Virus record (IMG/VR): IMGVR_UViG_3300032038_000052
Span: 1-64,000 of that record
From: a virus
Taxonomy: Duplodnaviria; Caudoviricetes
Strand: one strand, 5' to 3'
Length of the DNA: 64,000 nt
A model generated the notes under the pieces. It searched no databases. It had not been told where the DNA came from and saw only the letters and a list, made by a program, of their open reading frames with translations. Below, piece after piece: positions 42,901 through 57,300 of this stretch; positions within the stretch are counted from its first letter, which is position 1; every line of letters begins with the position of its first letter. Both the position numbers and the translations under genes were made by a program.

Positions 42901-45900
42901 CGTATCGCCGGAACCGAAGATGCGAAAGCTGAACTTGAAGAACTCGGAGAAGATACTTCTGACTTTATTGTACAAACGCAATCTAAAGTAGATGCGAAAG
43001 TAAGAAAATATACTGCTACCGCTGATAATCCAAATGGTATAAGCGTATTGGATGACAATGGCCGTCTAAGAAGTACTTATGATATCTTATTGGATATTTC
43101 AAAGGTTTACGATTAGATTGTCGAAAAAGATAATCAGTTCGGTACAAACACTAGTAATGCATTACTTGAATTACTTGCTGGTAAGACAAGAAGTAATATT
43201 CTTGCTTCTATATTATAGAATCCAACTGTACTTGAAGAAGCTTATACACAATCATAGAATTCAAAGGGCATTGGTCAAAAAGAGCTTGATATCTATCTTG
43301 ATTCTATTCAAGCTAAGATGACCAAGTTACAAAATGCTTTACAAAAACTTGCGTCTGTTACTATTAACAGTGATTGGCTTAAAGTGTTTGTAGACCTCGG
43401 CGCTGGCGCAGTTAAGATATTCTCTACATTAACGGAGAAGCTTGGAAGTTTCAGTACAGTTATAGCTCCTATAATAAGCATGTTCCTTCAGCGCAAAGGT
43501 TTTGGAATGCTAGGGTCTAAGAACGGAGCTGGAATTATCTCTATGCTGTTGGGCAATGTAAGTGATTCTGCCATCAAAAAGGAACTTAGCCCATTATAGA
43601 AATAGATGCAAAATGTCTTTTCTGGCATGAAATTTAACGATGATGATAATTTCTTTACAACAATGGCTAAACGTGGATTGACTCCAGAGACCATGAAGAC
43701 ATCTGAGTTATTTGGACCAATGCTTAAGGATATGGATGGTGCTGAAGCCGCTTCTCTTAGTATGGGAACTGCTGTTGCGACATTGAACGAACGGCTTGGT
43801 ATGACTGGGGAGGTTGCAGTTTAGACTGGTGGCACGCTATCTAGTCTTGCGGGTGGTTTAGCTACTGTAGGAAAATCGTTTTTGTCTGTAGGATTAACAA
43901 CCATAGCTATCACAGTGGCTACAAAAGTTATAGAAGGGCTTGTAAAAGCCGTTTACAACTGGGTTACTGCTGACGAGCGTGCTATTGAAGCTGGGAAAAA
44001 AGCTCGTGAAGAAGCAGAACAATTAGCGAAGTCATATGCAGACACAGAAAAAAAGACCAATGAGCTTGGGAAAAGATATAATGAATTAAGGCAAGGAGTT
44101 TTTTATGATGAGCGAAAGGGATATTCAAACAAATCTCTTTCTGAAGATGAATTTGAGGAATTCTTAAAAGTTAATGAAGATATAGTGGCATTATATCCTA
44201 GACTTAAAGAAGGTACTGACGCTCAAGGTAATGCTTATGTAAATCTTGGGGATAATGCTACACAGGCCACAGAAAAATTAAAGGAATATCTTAGGATTTA
44301 GGAACAAATATCCAATGAAGGTATAGGTAAGACATTTGATGACCAATTGGCTGGAGCTGTTGCAAAAGAAGCAGAATTACGTGGTATAATACAAAATGCT
44401 AACTTAGATAGCACTACGTTAGATATATTAGATAATGGAATTGATGATTATATATAGCGTATAGATGATAATTATAACTATTATACCCTCAAATTAGAAG
44501 AACTTGGAACGGTAAATCAAAATACAGTTGATTCAATACAACAAGTACTGAATGAAAATGATTCTCTGTTATAGTTTGATACTTCCGCAGAAGGTTTTAA
44601 GTAGATAGTTACATTTACTTTCGAAATGGATGAAGATTCAGAAGCTAAAATAAGAGAGCAATTGTCATAGGCTATAAATGGTGGGGCTGATTATTCTACT
44701 ACTGATACTGTTGCAGGACTTAGAGAGTAGGTAGAAAGTTATGAAGAAGAAATTGTAGATGCTTATGATTCTACTAGACCAGCTCTTTTGGCTAAGATAA
44801 AAGAGACTAAGACATATAAAGATTTGCCATAGGAACTGCAAGAAGGTATTAGTAATATATATGATAATATAGATATATATCAATCATATAAGAATTATGA
44901 GAACTACAAAAAACAGCATTCTGAATATTCAAAAGACTTCTATGCGTATATTAAAGAATAGTATCTATATGCAATAAATAAGGCGATTAACCAATCTGAT
45001 GATTCTATGCAACGAAAAGAAAAGGCGGACTTGGTCGGAAAATTATTCTCTTTTGACGCATCAGATCTAAACTCAGCGCAAGCTATTAATCAAATAGACA
45101 CTATTCTCTCTTCTATATTCGGCGAAAATACAGAAGTAAAGTAGTCTATTAAAGTTGCACTTGGTATAGACTTTGTAGATCCAGAAACTGGAGAGGTAAT
45201 AAGTGATAAATATAAAAAGCAGAACCAGGAATTATATGATATCCTCAAAGATTATGGTTTATCTAGAGGGGATGTCGGTAAAGGGCTTACAATTGGTGAA
45301 AAGGATACAATACAATCTGCTATATCATCTGGTGAATTTAATTTCATTGGTAGTGGGCTTGATAAGTTAAAGGAATGGCTTAAAAAAGAATATTAGCCAT
45401 CACTTGATGGTAGCTTGTCAGATATATTCAACGATGCGTCATACAAGGAGAACACGGAAGAAATTTCTTCCAATATCTCTACTATCTCCTCTTCTCTTGA
45501 AACACTTAGGAATAATGGTAAACTCACAGCAGAAGAGATGATGAAACTTCAAGAGTCGTTCCCAGATATGACTGAGTTTTCTGAAGAAGCCTTATCTTCA
45601 AGAGGTGTTGAGCTGCTTTCAAAATGGATTGAAGAGCTTAGAAAAGATTATGATACGTTTTCAGATGAAGGTAAAGAACAAGTAGATACATATATCAATA
45701 ATCTTATGACTTCTTTCAGTGATGCCATTGCGACTGAAGAAGATGCGGTAAAAGTCCTTTATGATTCATTTATTAATCCTACCGACACAGAACGGGAAGA
45801 ACAATTACATATGAACCGTGCCGAGTCTGTTATTAAGGGATTAAAAGAAAAATATGGTGATGAGCTTGACTGGAATATTGTATGGCAATTAGCTGTTAAT

Positions 45901-48900
45901 GATTAGCTGTCTGGAGAAATGGAAGACATCTATGCTCAATATGATGAACGTGTTCTTAACTGGGACATTAATGTTAATATTCCTAAAGAGGTTGAACAGT
46001 TAGAAAGGAACATCGCAGGACGAAATGCTAGAATATCAGCTATTGAAGCCGAAAAAGGTTATTACGATGCTACTGGAGAATACTTGCCGGACATAAGTGA
46101 AAATTGGTTTGATGAGATGCTCCGTTTAAGTGGGCAAAATGTTGCAGATAAAACAGTTGAGTATACAAATGCGCAAAAAACATATGCAGCCTATACAAAT
46201 GGATTGTTTGGAAAAATGCTTAGTAATGCTTCTCCAGAGTTATCTTCTGGAGCGTATAAGGCTATGGCAGAAGCAAGAGCTGCTATGGTTTAGGCAATGA
46301 CGGAGTAGACGGATATTCAAAAATAGTATTATGAATTCTAGGCGAATATGTATACCAAAGAAATTGAAGAAGCACAAACAAATGCAGCAAAAGTATAGGC
46401 TAGAATTGATTAGGCGAAATTTGAAGGTGTAATGCCAGCCGAAACCGATTATGCCGAATTACGTGATGCATACAAGACGTAGGCAGAAATGCAAGAAGGA
46501 TTGGCAAATTTCTGGGATACAGTTGCTAATAGTGGTAAAGTAAATTCAGTTATGCGTGCAATTGCAAATCAGAATGCAGCAACTGCTCGTGCAAATGCAA
46601 TTAGTGCTAATGAATCTGCCAATGAGGCTGACCGTGGTTATTTAACTGATGAACTTCTAGAGAAACAGAATACTTATAATGATCTTCAAACTGAAGCATC
46701 TCAAATTGAGCAACAGATTACTGATGATGAAACCAAACATCGTAAGATATCCAACAAGCGTTATGATGAGTTAATTAAGAATGGCGACAAACAAATCGCT
46801 AATCTTGAAGACTAGCGCAAGACGTTAGTTGACCTTCGTAGCAAGACGATTCAAGGCACAGAAAAATGGCGTGAATATTAGTCGCAAATTGATGATGTTG
46901 ACTCTTCTATCTCATCCATGGAGAACAGCCAGGTTGGTTGGTTTGAGTCAATGACTACTGCCGTCTCGTCCAATGCATAGACTCTCGCTTCTGCTCTTGA
47001 TTCAGCTTTCTCAGAGATTAATTCTGAAACTGGATTAACTCGTGACACGATGAATACGCTTGTCGAGCAGTTCAGCGACCTTGAGAATTATGATGTATCT
47101 AAGATTTTCTACTCTACTGCTGATGGTATGAAATTTAATACCGATGCAACTAGAGAATTGATAGATGCTGAGTATGATTTATAGGTTAATAATCTTCGTG
47201 ATGCTATTGCTGAAGAAACTTCAATAATCGAGGCAAACAAGGATTCAAAGGACGCTAACTCATATGCTACTATTCAGAATGCATAGGCTAATATAAATGC
47301 TTATAATGCAGAACTTGCATCACTCTAGGCATTATATGATCAATAGCAAGAATCTCTTTCTAGATACTCTGCTTGGGAGACTGCAAAGTCTACTGCCAAT
47401 GCTGGTGATAAATACACAAATCTCCAAGGTAGTTGGAAAGATATCAAAGAGATGTTCCAAAACGGTTTGACAGGCACTGATGATTTCAAATCTTTCGTTG
47501 CGTATTTTGACGAATGGGGAATGGGAACTGTCGATGCCTACAAACGCAATAAAGATATGATTGCTCGTTATCTTACTGAAGATGGCAAGGGCATGAAGAA
47601 TTTTTATGATGACCTTGTATCCAAAGGTTTTGGAACAAGAACTGGTAATATCTATTCAATTGGAATTGAGGATACCGAAGCTGCCGCTCATGCAATGGGA
47701 ATGTCAGAAGAAGCATTGAAGATGTTCCTTGACCGTGGCGAGGATTATGGTTTCAGAAATACATGGGTTGAAACAGTTCTTGACGGAGAATTAAAATTAT
47801 AGGATACTACTGAACAATTAATCGAAGAACAAGAACGTCTGCAGCATATGAGAGCAAACGGTGCTACAGAAGACGAAATTAAGAATCAAGAAACGCTAGT
47901 TAGCCAGCTCAAAGATAATATGAAAAATTATATTGAGAATACGGCTGATGTAGCTGGAGAAGATAATACAAAAACATATGCAAAAACAATTGAACAGCTT
48001 AAAGCTATAAATGAACTTCGTGGCGAGACATTTGGCGCAAAAGTCAAAATGACTGATAGAGAATTGTCTGCGTACAATCAGCAACTTGATAATGCTATGC
48101 AACAGACTCTTGGGGGCTATACTTCAGATCAGCTGCAAGAGTTTAAGATTCAATATGAAGCTGAACTAGATGATGACTCAAAGAGAATTATTGACTAGAT
48201 GACCGAATTAGCCAAGCAGCGTGAGATTATACAGAAGTACACAGCAGAAGTTGAGATAAAGGATGAATCTGGACAGCCTATTACTCCAGAAGAATTCTTA
48301 TCTTTAACAGAAGAACAGTAGAAAGAGACTCTAGAAGCAACATATGGTGTTACTATAGATGAGACGAATTTTGATTTGTGGAAAGAACATTTCCAATCTC
48401 AGACGTTAACTGCGAAAGTTCAAACTGTAGTAGACTCTGGTACTACATCGTATAAAGACCTTCTTAATATGGATGCCGAAGAGTTGACTCAGACTATTGG
48501 ATTTAACGTTGATGAAAGTAATATTGATGAAGTTAAAGCAAAAATTGAAGAAATGTCTGCTGTTAAGGTATCTCTTGATGAGACATCTCTTACTTCTTTG
48601 ACTAGTGCATTGAGCGAAGCTTTTGTCTTGGCTATTAACACTATTTAGGCTGGAGAATAGGTTGATGAGTTTGTTGAAGAAACAGATGATAAGACTGGTA
48701 CTGTACAAGTAGATGCGGATACGAAAGAAGGAGAGAATGCTGTAACTAGATTTGTCAATAGCATTATGGCAAAACATCCAGCGATGCGTGTGCTTGCAGA
48801 TCCTACTGTGCTAATTGATAGTATTCAAGAAGTACTTAACAATCGTGAATTCAATGTCAATGTTAAAGCAAACGTGAATGCTCCAGCTGCTGTTGTTAAA

Positions 48901-51900
48901 CCAGGTGTAGCTAAGAAAGTTGGCAATGTCGCTGTTAACGGCAGAAACAATGGTCACGCTTATGCTAATGGTAAGCCAGGAGATCTTGTTGGTGAGCTTG
49001 GGCGAGAAATGGTCGTCGATCCGCATACTGGCAGATATTACACGGTTGGCGACAATGGACCTGAGTTTACAAACATCCCAGATGATGCAATTGTATTTAA
49101 CGCCGACTAGACAGATGACTTATTAAAACATGGTCACACTTCTACTCGTGGTCGTGCTCTTGTAACAGGTAACGCTTTTGATAGTACAGATTCTACCAAT
49201 GAATTTGTCTATAATGATCCAAAGAATACATTTGGAAATGGTGCAAAAGCAACTAAAGATAATACTAAAGCTACGAAAGATAACACCAAAGCGTCCAAAG
49301 AACAAAAGACTGCTCTTGATAAGTTCAATGATTGGCTCGGTAAATGGGTTGACTGGATTGATAATCGTATTGATTCTCTAACAAAACGTATTGAACGATT
49401 TGAAAAGAAAGCAGATGAATTAATCGGTTATTCCAAAAAGAACTAGACAATCCAAAATGCGATGAATACTCTTTCTACTATTCCGTAGTATCAAAATGCG
49501 CAGTTGAAAACCAAGAAAGTTAAAGGCACCAATGGTGTTGTAACAGAAATTGCAACTGGAACAAGTGGTGTTAAGAAGGGAACTCTTCTTGGCGATACCA
49601 TGCGTGGTGCTGTTAGATATCAGCAACAGGCCGACAAAGTGATGAAGAAGGCCGTTAAGAGCGGGCTTCTTTCTCAAAAGAAAGCTAACGAAATCGCTAA
49701 ACTCATCTAGACTGGTGAGATTGATATTCGTAAGTACAATGAGAAAGTTCGTGCGGTAATTTAGGCATACGAGGACTGGTTTGGCAAGTCACAAGATTTG
49801 ATTGATTCTACTTATGAACTCAAGCAACAGTTCAAAGATCTCGAACAAACGAAGCTTGATAATATTACTGAGAGATTTGAAACATTAGTAGGATTATTTG
49901 AAGCGGCAAATACTTTATCTGAAGCGGCTGTAGATTATTATTCTGAGCGAGGTCGTGCTGTTAACACTGTAGATAAAACAGAGATGGGCTTCCAGCTTGA
50001 ACGGCAAGGTCGTATAACTCAAGAGCTAGAAAACGAGAGAACTGCATATGAAACTGAGATGAAGCAAGCCAAGGCTATTTTTGGCGAAAGCTCCAATGAA
50101 TATCGTTAGGCACGAACATAGTTCTATCAAATACAAGAAGAGTTAAAGAAATCTTAGACATCAGAGCTTAGTTTAAGACACACAATTGAAGAACTCACAT
50201 TTACTGTACGTGGATTTGTGATTGACAGGATTCAATCTTTTGTAAGCAAACTTGGCAACATTGCTTCTTTGGCTGAAAAGCGTGGCACAAATAAAGCATT
50301 GGGTTATGAAGTAACCGAAGATGTATTTAATGAATAGATAGGGTATAATAACGATTTGATCCTTAAATATGCTGAAGATTTACAAGCTCGTAAAGACGAA
50401 ATCGCTCGTCGTACTATTGAAGAAGGACTTGAAATCAATTCTGATGCATATTAGGAGCTTTATAACAAGATTGTTGCGGATGAAGATGCAATGTATAAGC
50501 TTTATTCTGCAAATGAAGATCTCAAGATGTCTATTCGTAATCTTAGATGGAAACCGTTCAAGGAATTTTAGGAAACTCTTGATAAGATTGAAAGCGACTT
50601 TAATCACATCTAGAGCTTTATTCGTGAAGGTGAATTGCTTGATGATGACGGACAGTTTACTGCTCGTGGATTTGCTCAGATAGCTCTTGTTGGCGAGAAT
50701 ATGGATGTCGCAGAAAAGAAGATCGCAAACGCTCGTGCTGCTATTGAGAAGCTGAACGATGAACTTGAAGTTGGCACAATTAATGAAGAGACTTTCGGCG
50801 AAGAGTTCGAGGCTCAGATGAAGATTATCCAAGATTCTGCTTCTAGTGCGTATGACAGCATGCAGAAGCTTGCTGATTTGTACATCAAGCAGATTACCGA
50901 GGAGAATTCGATTCTTCAGGATTTGATTAAGAAGAGACAAGACGCATTAAATAAAAAGAAAGCGTACTATGATTATGACAAACAGATTCGTTAGAAAAAT
51001 AAAGATGTAAATGCACTTAGGGCTTAGATAAATGCCTTGACTGGAGTATCGACCGATGCGGCCAAGGCCCGTCGTGCACAACTCCAGGCACAGCTTAAAG
51101 AATCTGAACAGGATTTAGAAGATACTCGTTATGAACACCAGATTGAAATGCAACAGCAAGGCTATGAGCAACTCTCCGAGGATATGCAGAAAGCCTTGGA
51201 TGATGCAGTCAAGCTGATTAACGGCGATCAACAAGCCCTGAAAGATACTGCCGCAACGATGCTCTCTCAGCTTGAAACAAATTATATTGACGAGAAAGCT
51301 GTTATAAGCGGCATTGTAGCGGGGACTGGTACTAAAATTCATACTGCAACCGAGGACATGATTGACCAGACCTTGACTGCGCAATCCGTATTGTCAGATG
51401 ACGCACAGGGGATTGCAAGTGCTGTTTCTGCAATTGCTAAAATTCTTGGACAGAATCCTCAAAAGATGGCGGAATCTTTGGGCGGTATTCTTACTCAGCT
51501 CGGCAGTACTGGAACGCTTTATCAGGCGATTGCTAAGTTTGCTGATGAGAATGGCATTAAGATTAATGAACTTGGATTGGATGGAGTAATATCCGCTATT
51601 GCTGCCCCGTATGATGGACAGGGCCAAGCCGCTAAATTATTCGCGGAAATCAATTCTGCGATTACTGGAGATAATACAAGAAATTCTGTATTCTCACAGA
51701 CGGCAGCTATCAAATCTGTTATTGATACCATTGCCGAGAAACTCGGTTTAGACAAAGAGGCCGCTTACAACGAGGCTCAGGAAATTGCTAAACAACTTGG
51801 AGGAGACGCAACAATCTCCGATGTTGTAGACCAGTTCCTTGACAACCGCGGCATTGAAGTCGATTCTGAGTTGCAGGATTTCATTGATAACATAACAAAT

Positions 51901-53067
51901 CCATTTGACGACGTGTCAGCGAATGATTTGTTTGAAGGTTATAATGACTTGATATCTTAGTATAACAATTAGCTTCAACTCCTTGATGACCTCGGTGTTA
52001 AGGATAATCCAGATGGAAGTTCTCCCGCCACGATGGAGCCAGCCGAAGCTATTGATATGCAACCTGTTGTTGAGGCTATTGAAAAAATAGACCCAGTTGT
52101 TAATATTACTACCAATTCCGATGGCGAAGATATCAGCGATGTACTTGAACAGATTGAAGACGATTATTTGAAGTTGGATTCAGATAAAGGTACAACTGGC
52201 GGGACAACAAAAGATGATAATGTAGCGGGTCCTGAAAATATTGACAAGGCGCAAAAAGAAAAAGAAGCAATGGAACGCGCCGAGGAAATGGACAAATTAG
52301 CAAAACAAATCGTAACCGCTTAGAATAGTTTAACCAAATTAGAGAAGAATCTTGATTATTATGCCACTCAATATTATAACTATAACAGTAAGATAGCCGA
52401 CAAAAAAAAAAGGCTGGCAGAGGCCAAGGCAAATAAAGAAGGCAGCGCAAAGTACGCTAAAATTAAAGAAAAAATTAAATCACTAAAAAAGAAAAGAGAT
52501 GAAGCAGCAGAAAACAAAAAGGCTTTTGAATACCAAATCAAGAATGCAAAAGATGATTTGCAAGTACTTGAGGATAGGCTTGCTTTGATGCACCTTGAGG
52601 ATGAATTTGATTCTTACGCTTCTGGCACAAAACGTGTCGGAAAAGATATGAATGCGTGGACGAATGAGGATTGGGAGAATCTCGGAGCCGAGATGATTGT
52701 TCGTAAATCAGACGGTGCTATTCTCACACCTCTGAAAGCGAATGATTCTGTAATTCCAGCAAACCTTGCAGATAATCTGTTTAAGTGGGGAGCAATCAGT
52801 CCAGACAAATTCCTGTCGAATCCATTCTTGGGCAAGATGGGTGATATGCCGAGCAATGCGAACGTTACTAACTAGGTTGATCAGAAGGTTGAGATGCATT
52901 TCGACTCGTTGTTCACAATTCAAGGCGATGTTAATGCTGATGTTATGGATAGACTTGAAGAGTTTGGTAAGGCTCTTACGAGTGACCGTAACTTCTAGTA
53001 GAATGTTGTCAAATTTGTAACCAAAGATTTTGTGCGTGAATCCAAGAAACAAGGTGGATTCCGTTAA
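36988..53067 (+). CDS. giant tail tape measure protein (5,359 aa, TAG=Gln)
   Basis: 22 supplied fragments from 37603 to 52558 share one frame; GTG start after AAAGGCGGTG, TAA at 53065; TP901-type TMP core ~42.2-43.3 kb (LDTALMEVRKVS, GDNFSSST, SLALLTAANDITQD). Confidence 0.9.
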
Positions 53068-53069
53068 TT

Positions 53070-53107
53070 AGGAAGGGTGGGTGTCACAGCCCACTCTTCT
53101 ATTTTTT
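53070..53107 (+). terminator. intrinsic terminator
   Basis: AGGAAGGGTGGG-TGTCACAG-CCCACTCTTCT + T-run. Confidence 0.65.
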
Positions 53108-53132
53108 GTGGAAAGGAGGTACGACAAGAAAA

Positions 53133-54329
53133 ATGTATGGTAAATATTTTACTTATGACAATGAGGCTTCCACCGATTACAACCTTATGATTGGTGGATT
53201 TCAGCGAGATGATGTTCCACTCGCAATGAACAGAGAGCTATTAAAAGGAACGCTGAACCGCTACCGTAACCGTGTCAATCACATGGGCACTTAGTGGAGC
53301 GATGTGTTGGAATTTACTATCTCGTTTATGAAAGATCCGTGCAACAAGAGTTACCAATCGGATATGATATTTACAGAAGATGAGGTCGATGCTATTAACA
53401 CCTGGCTGACTTCGCCGGACTATCCCATCCTGTTCCACATGTATGATTATGACTTTGAAAAAGATGGTTCGGACAATATGGTGTTGATTGATAACACAAA
53501 GACAACTGTTAATGTCGAGATTTAGGCTAATGATTATAGCTATGTAATATATAGAATTTCAGATGGCGAATTGGTATCCACTAACATTACGATAGTCGGG
53601 AACAAGACTCCGCCAGAACCTGAATCTATTGTTTAGTATGATAATTACTTATCAATAGCTTTCGATGAAGACTATATCCGTTCAATTACAAAGATATACG
53701 TTGGCGGTGTGGAATACGAAGAAAGTGATACAAGAAGTTGGCTGTCCACGTACGCCGCTGGGGACACCTGTGAAAACTAGTATGTCAAGGTGATAAATAA
53801 ATCTCTCATTCTTAACAAGAAGTATAACTATTTTGGGTTGTTTTCGAATGTTGAGGCTGAGACATATCACGGCGACATCATTGGGCTAACAGCTACGTTT
53901 ACTACTGACTCGCCGTTCGCATGGACGGATACAATCACAAAAACTTTTGAAGTGTCTGATGGTGATACGATTACTTTCGACGTGTAGACTTCTGAGAAGT
54001 ACCGTGAAATATACCCGGTAATAAAGATAAAGCCTGTTTACACTGGCGGGGCAGGACGGTCTGACATTATATTGCATAATAATCGTGACGGGTACGAAAT
54101 CCAGATGGAATTACAACAGGCGATTAACGTTGCTACTACCACACTAGATTGTGAACACTCGAAGATTTATAGTGCGTCCGGCAGCCTGTCATTCGAAGAT
54201 CTCGGTATTACTGATACGGATTACATTTATTGGCCTAGACTTTATAACGGCACAAACTCATTTACTGTCAGTGGAGATTGTGTATTGACATTTGAGTACC
54301 GTGAGCCGAGGAAGGTTGGTGCTTATTAA
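53133..54329 (+). CDS. distal tail protein (Dit-like, 398 aa, TAG=Gln)
   Basis: Follows the TMP; FTYD..S.DYNL.I N-terminus, WL.SP motif, WPRL..G.N.F.V.G C-terminus; fragments in frame. Confidence 0.75.
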
Positions 54330-57300
54330 TGAAAACTGTAGTTGATGCATATAAGCATGGTGAATACTTTTTTGACACTGCGGTGATTACCCAAAGCTCC
54401 ACGTAGCTGCCTCGTTCTACTGACATTTAGTACCGTGACATCCCGACCCAGATTATCTACACATGGGATGGGCAGCATTACAGGGATAGGTCGTTTCATT
54501 AGGCTTATACTTATTATGATGTCGGGCAGGGGGACAGGATAGACACAAACAAAATATATCTTGCCCGCCCAGGTCAACGTATTCTCGGTGTATTAAACGG
54601 AGTTGATGAGGAGACTTGTTCTCTCACTAAGAATTTAAATAATACCAGCGAGTTAACTTTCGTGGTTGACCGCATTATCCATACAGAAAATGGCGCTGAG
54701 GTAAGTTCGTTCTATGACCTTATTTCTCGCCATTATGAAATATATCTCCCCCATCACGGGTGGTTTAAAATAAATGAAGAGCCGGAGTTAGATAACAACG
54801 GCAACCTTGAGACTAAGTCGGTTCGAGCCGAGTCGCTTGAAATCGAATTATAGCAGTATGACCTTGTGAATTTCCGCATTAACATGGCGACTGAGGATTC
54901 CAAGGAAATGCTTGCGACGGATAACACATATGACATAGATGGATTTACCATGTTCCGGGATAACATTTTGTTTTACCGGGATGTTAGTAAATATATTACA
55001 TACCTTCAGGAGTTCGAGGAAACCAGCCAGGAGTTATCTGACCTTCAAGACATGCTTTTGGAGGATCAGTTACTCCTCTCGTCTCCTCGAATACAGTATA
55101 GTACTGATGGCATTGATAGTGCTTTGACTAGTGCTGCGGCCGAATACAGGGCTGCGGGCGATGACGCTTCGGCAGATGACCTTGAAGCACTGGTCGGAAA
55201 GATAACAGAGGAAACTCCTGAAGAACCAAAAAAGATAGGGAAAGACTATCCTTTGTTGCTTAAATACATGACATTGGTTGTTGACCAGACAGGCGAGGAC
55301 GGAGTAACTCCTACATACTCTCTCGCTGATGTACTCCAGCGGGAAATTGATAGACAGAATGAATTATCATTGATGTATCTAATCCTTCATGAACACGGCT
55401 GGGAAATCGGCTATGTCGATCCAACAGTTGTGCCGGATTCGGATATTGAAGATGATAGAATTCCGCTGGCTGAAAAAGTTGGGTACTTCGAAAAGGACAG
55501 TCAGGATATTTACTCGTTCCTTACGCAGGATGTGTCGTCTTATTACAGATGTATCTTTGTGTTTGACACTGAGAATTATCTGGTCAACTGCTATAACATT
55601 AATAATATCGGGTATGATACGAATATCTTCCTGAGTTTTCATAATATATAGAATGAGGTCGCTCGGTCATCTGATCGTGAGCTTTATACGGTTTTTCACG
55701 TACAAGGTGCAGAAGAATTGGATTTCACCGAAGCGAACCTCGGAGAGGACTGGATATCCGACATATCATATTTCTTAAATGAGGAGCATTTCACCCCTGA
55801 GTTTATTGAGAAATATAATAGTTGGGCAGAAACTCGTGAGCAGAAGAGACTCGAATACATCTAGGCTTCGAAGGATTACAGGAACGCTAATGATATCGCT
55901 ACAGAGATATACGACCGTGTTCCGATTGATAACGCTGACGGCGGGCAGTACAACACCATGACAGAGGATGAATTACTCGCCGAGAAAGCGAACATGGAAG
56001 CCGAAAAGCGTGGCTATGAGTCGCTATATGTTGATGACAATGGAGATTTTGACCAAGCGGCGCTTGAAGCTTCAGACGACTGGAAGAGATACAAGGTATT
56101 AACAGGAATCGTACTCTCCTCCCCGCTCGATGCGTTGGATTACGTAGTGTTTATTCAGCACGAGGAGTCTGATGATTACGAGTACGGATTTGACAGTGAA
56201 CACTCTGACTACAGGCTTGGTAACATTGATATTGCGTTGTTTAATCTTCGTGTTATTGATGGGTATTACACAAGTGACGAGATGTCGGACACAGATAAGC
56301 TAAAGCGTACGAATGTAAAAAATCAGAAAGATTATCTTGATGACTATTAGTATGATTTTGCTACTTATGGCGATGCGTACGGTGTTGCGGAGCTGGAGAA
56401 TCAGGCTACAATTCTGCGTAATAAACTAACGACGCTTGATAGCACAGGGTATAACGAGTCAGATGGCACTATCTATGATACAAATACGTATGCTAAGTAT
56501 ACAAAATATACTAATGCGTTGGCATCCTGTGTTGAAGCTCTTGCGGTCAGGCAGCAGGAATATGACGACGCTATGCTGGATGTTGAATATGCTGTTCGAA
56601 ATCTAAATTAGTTAAAAGCGGATGCTGATATCACAAGGCCAGCTTTTGGGTTTACAACGAAAGAATTATGGCTGTTGGATAAATACTATCTTCATACTGA
56701 TTACGTGAATGAAAATATCCTGATTACATCCTAGTCTACGAATGAATAGATAGTGGACACTGAGAATCAATTGTATCTCGATGCTATGGAATAGCTTTAT
56801 GTAGAATCGCATCCTCAATACACTTGGAGTACGACTCAGGATAATCTGTTATTAATGCCGGAATTTCAGGATTGGCATGGGGATATGCACGTTGGCAATT
56901 TCATTCGTGTTGCTATGCGGGATGATTACCAGGTAAGGCTGCGTATATCTTCCATCACACTCAATCCGTTAATGACAGAACCGACTATTCAGATTGATTT
57001 TACGACGATGACTGAGTATCGTTCGAAGCGTAACGATTACACCGATTTGATGGCCTCGGCGAATGCGTCTACAAAGAATCAGATTGGCTCGACTCTGAGC
57101 AAAAGTTCCGGCGACGGTTCTATCAGTGTTGACTCTGCGCTTATTCTGAAACTGCTTAATAACTCGACCTTTGCGTCTTATATGGGCAACCAGAGTGCGA
57201 ATGTTTCGGGTAATGCGATTAGTGCGGTGAGCGGAAGCATTGATAACTTAGTGTCATAGTCTATCAGCGCTATCACGATTAATGTTGATTAGATTACTGG

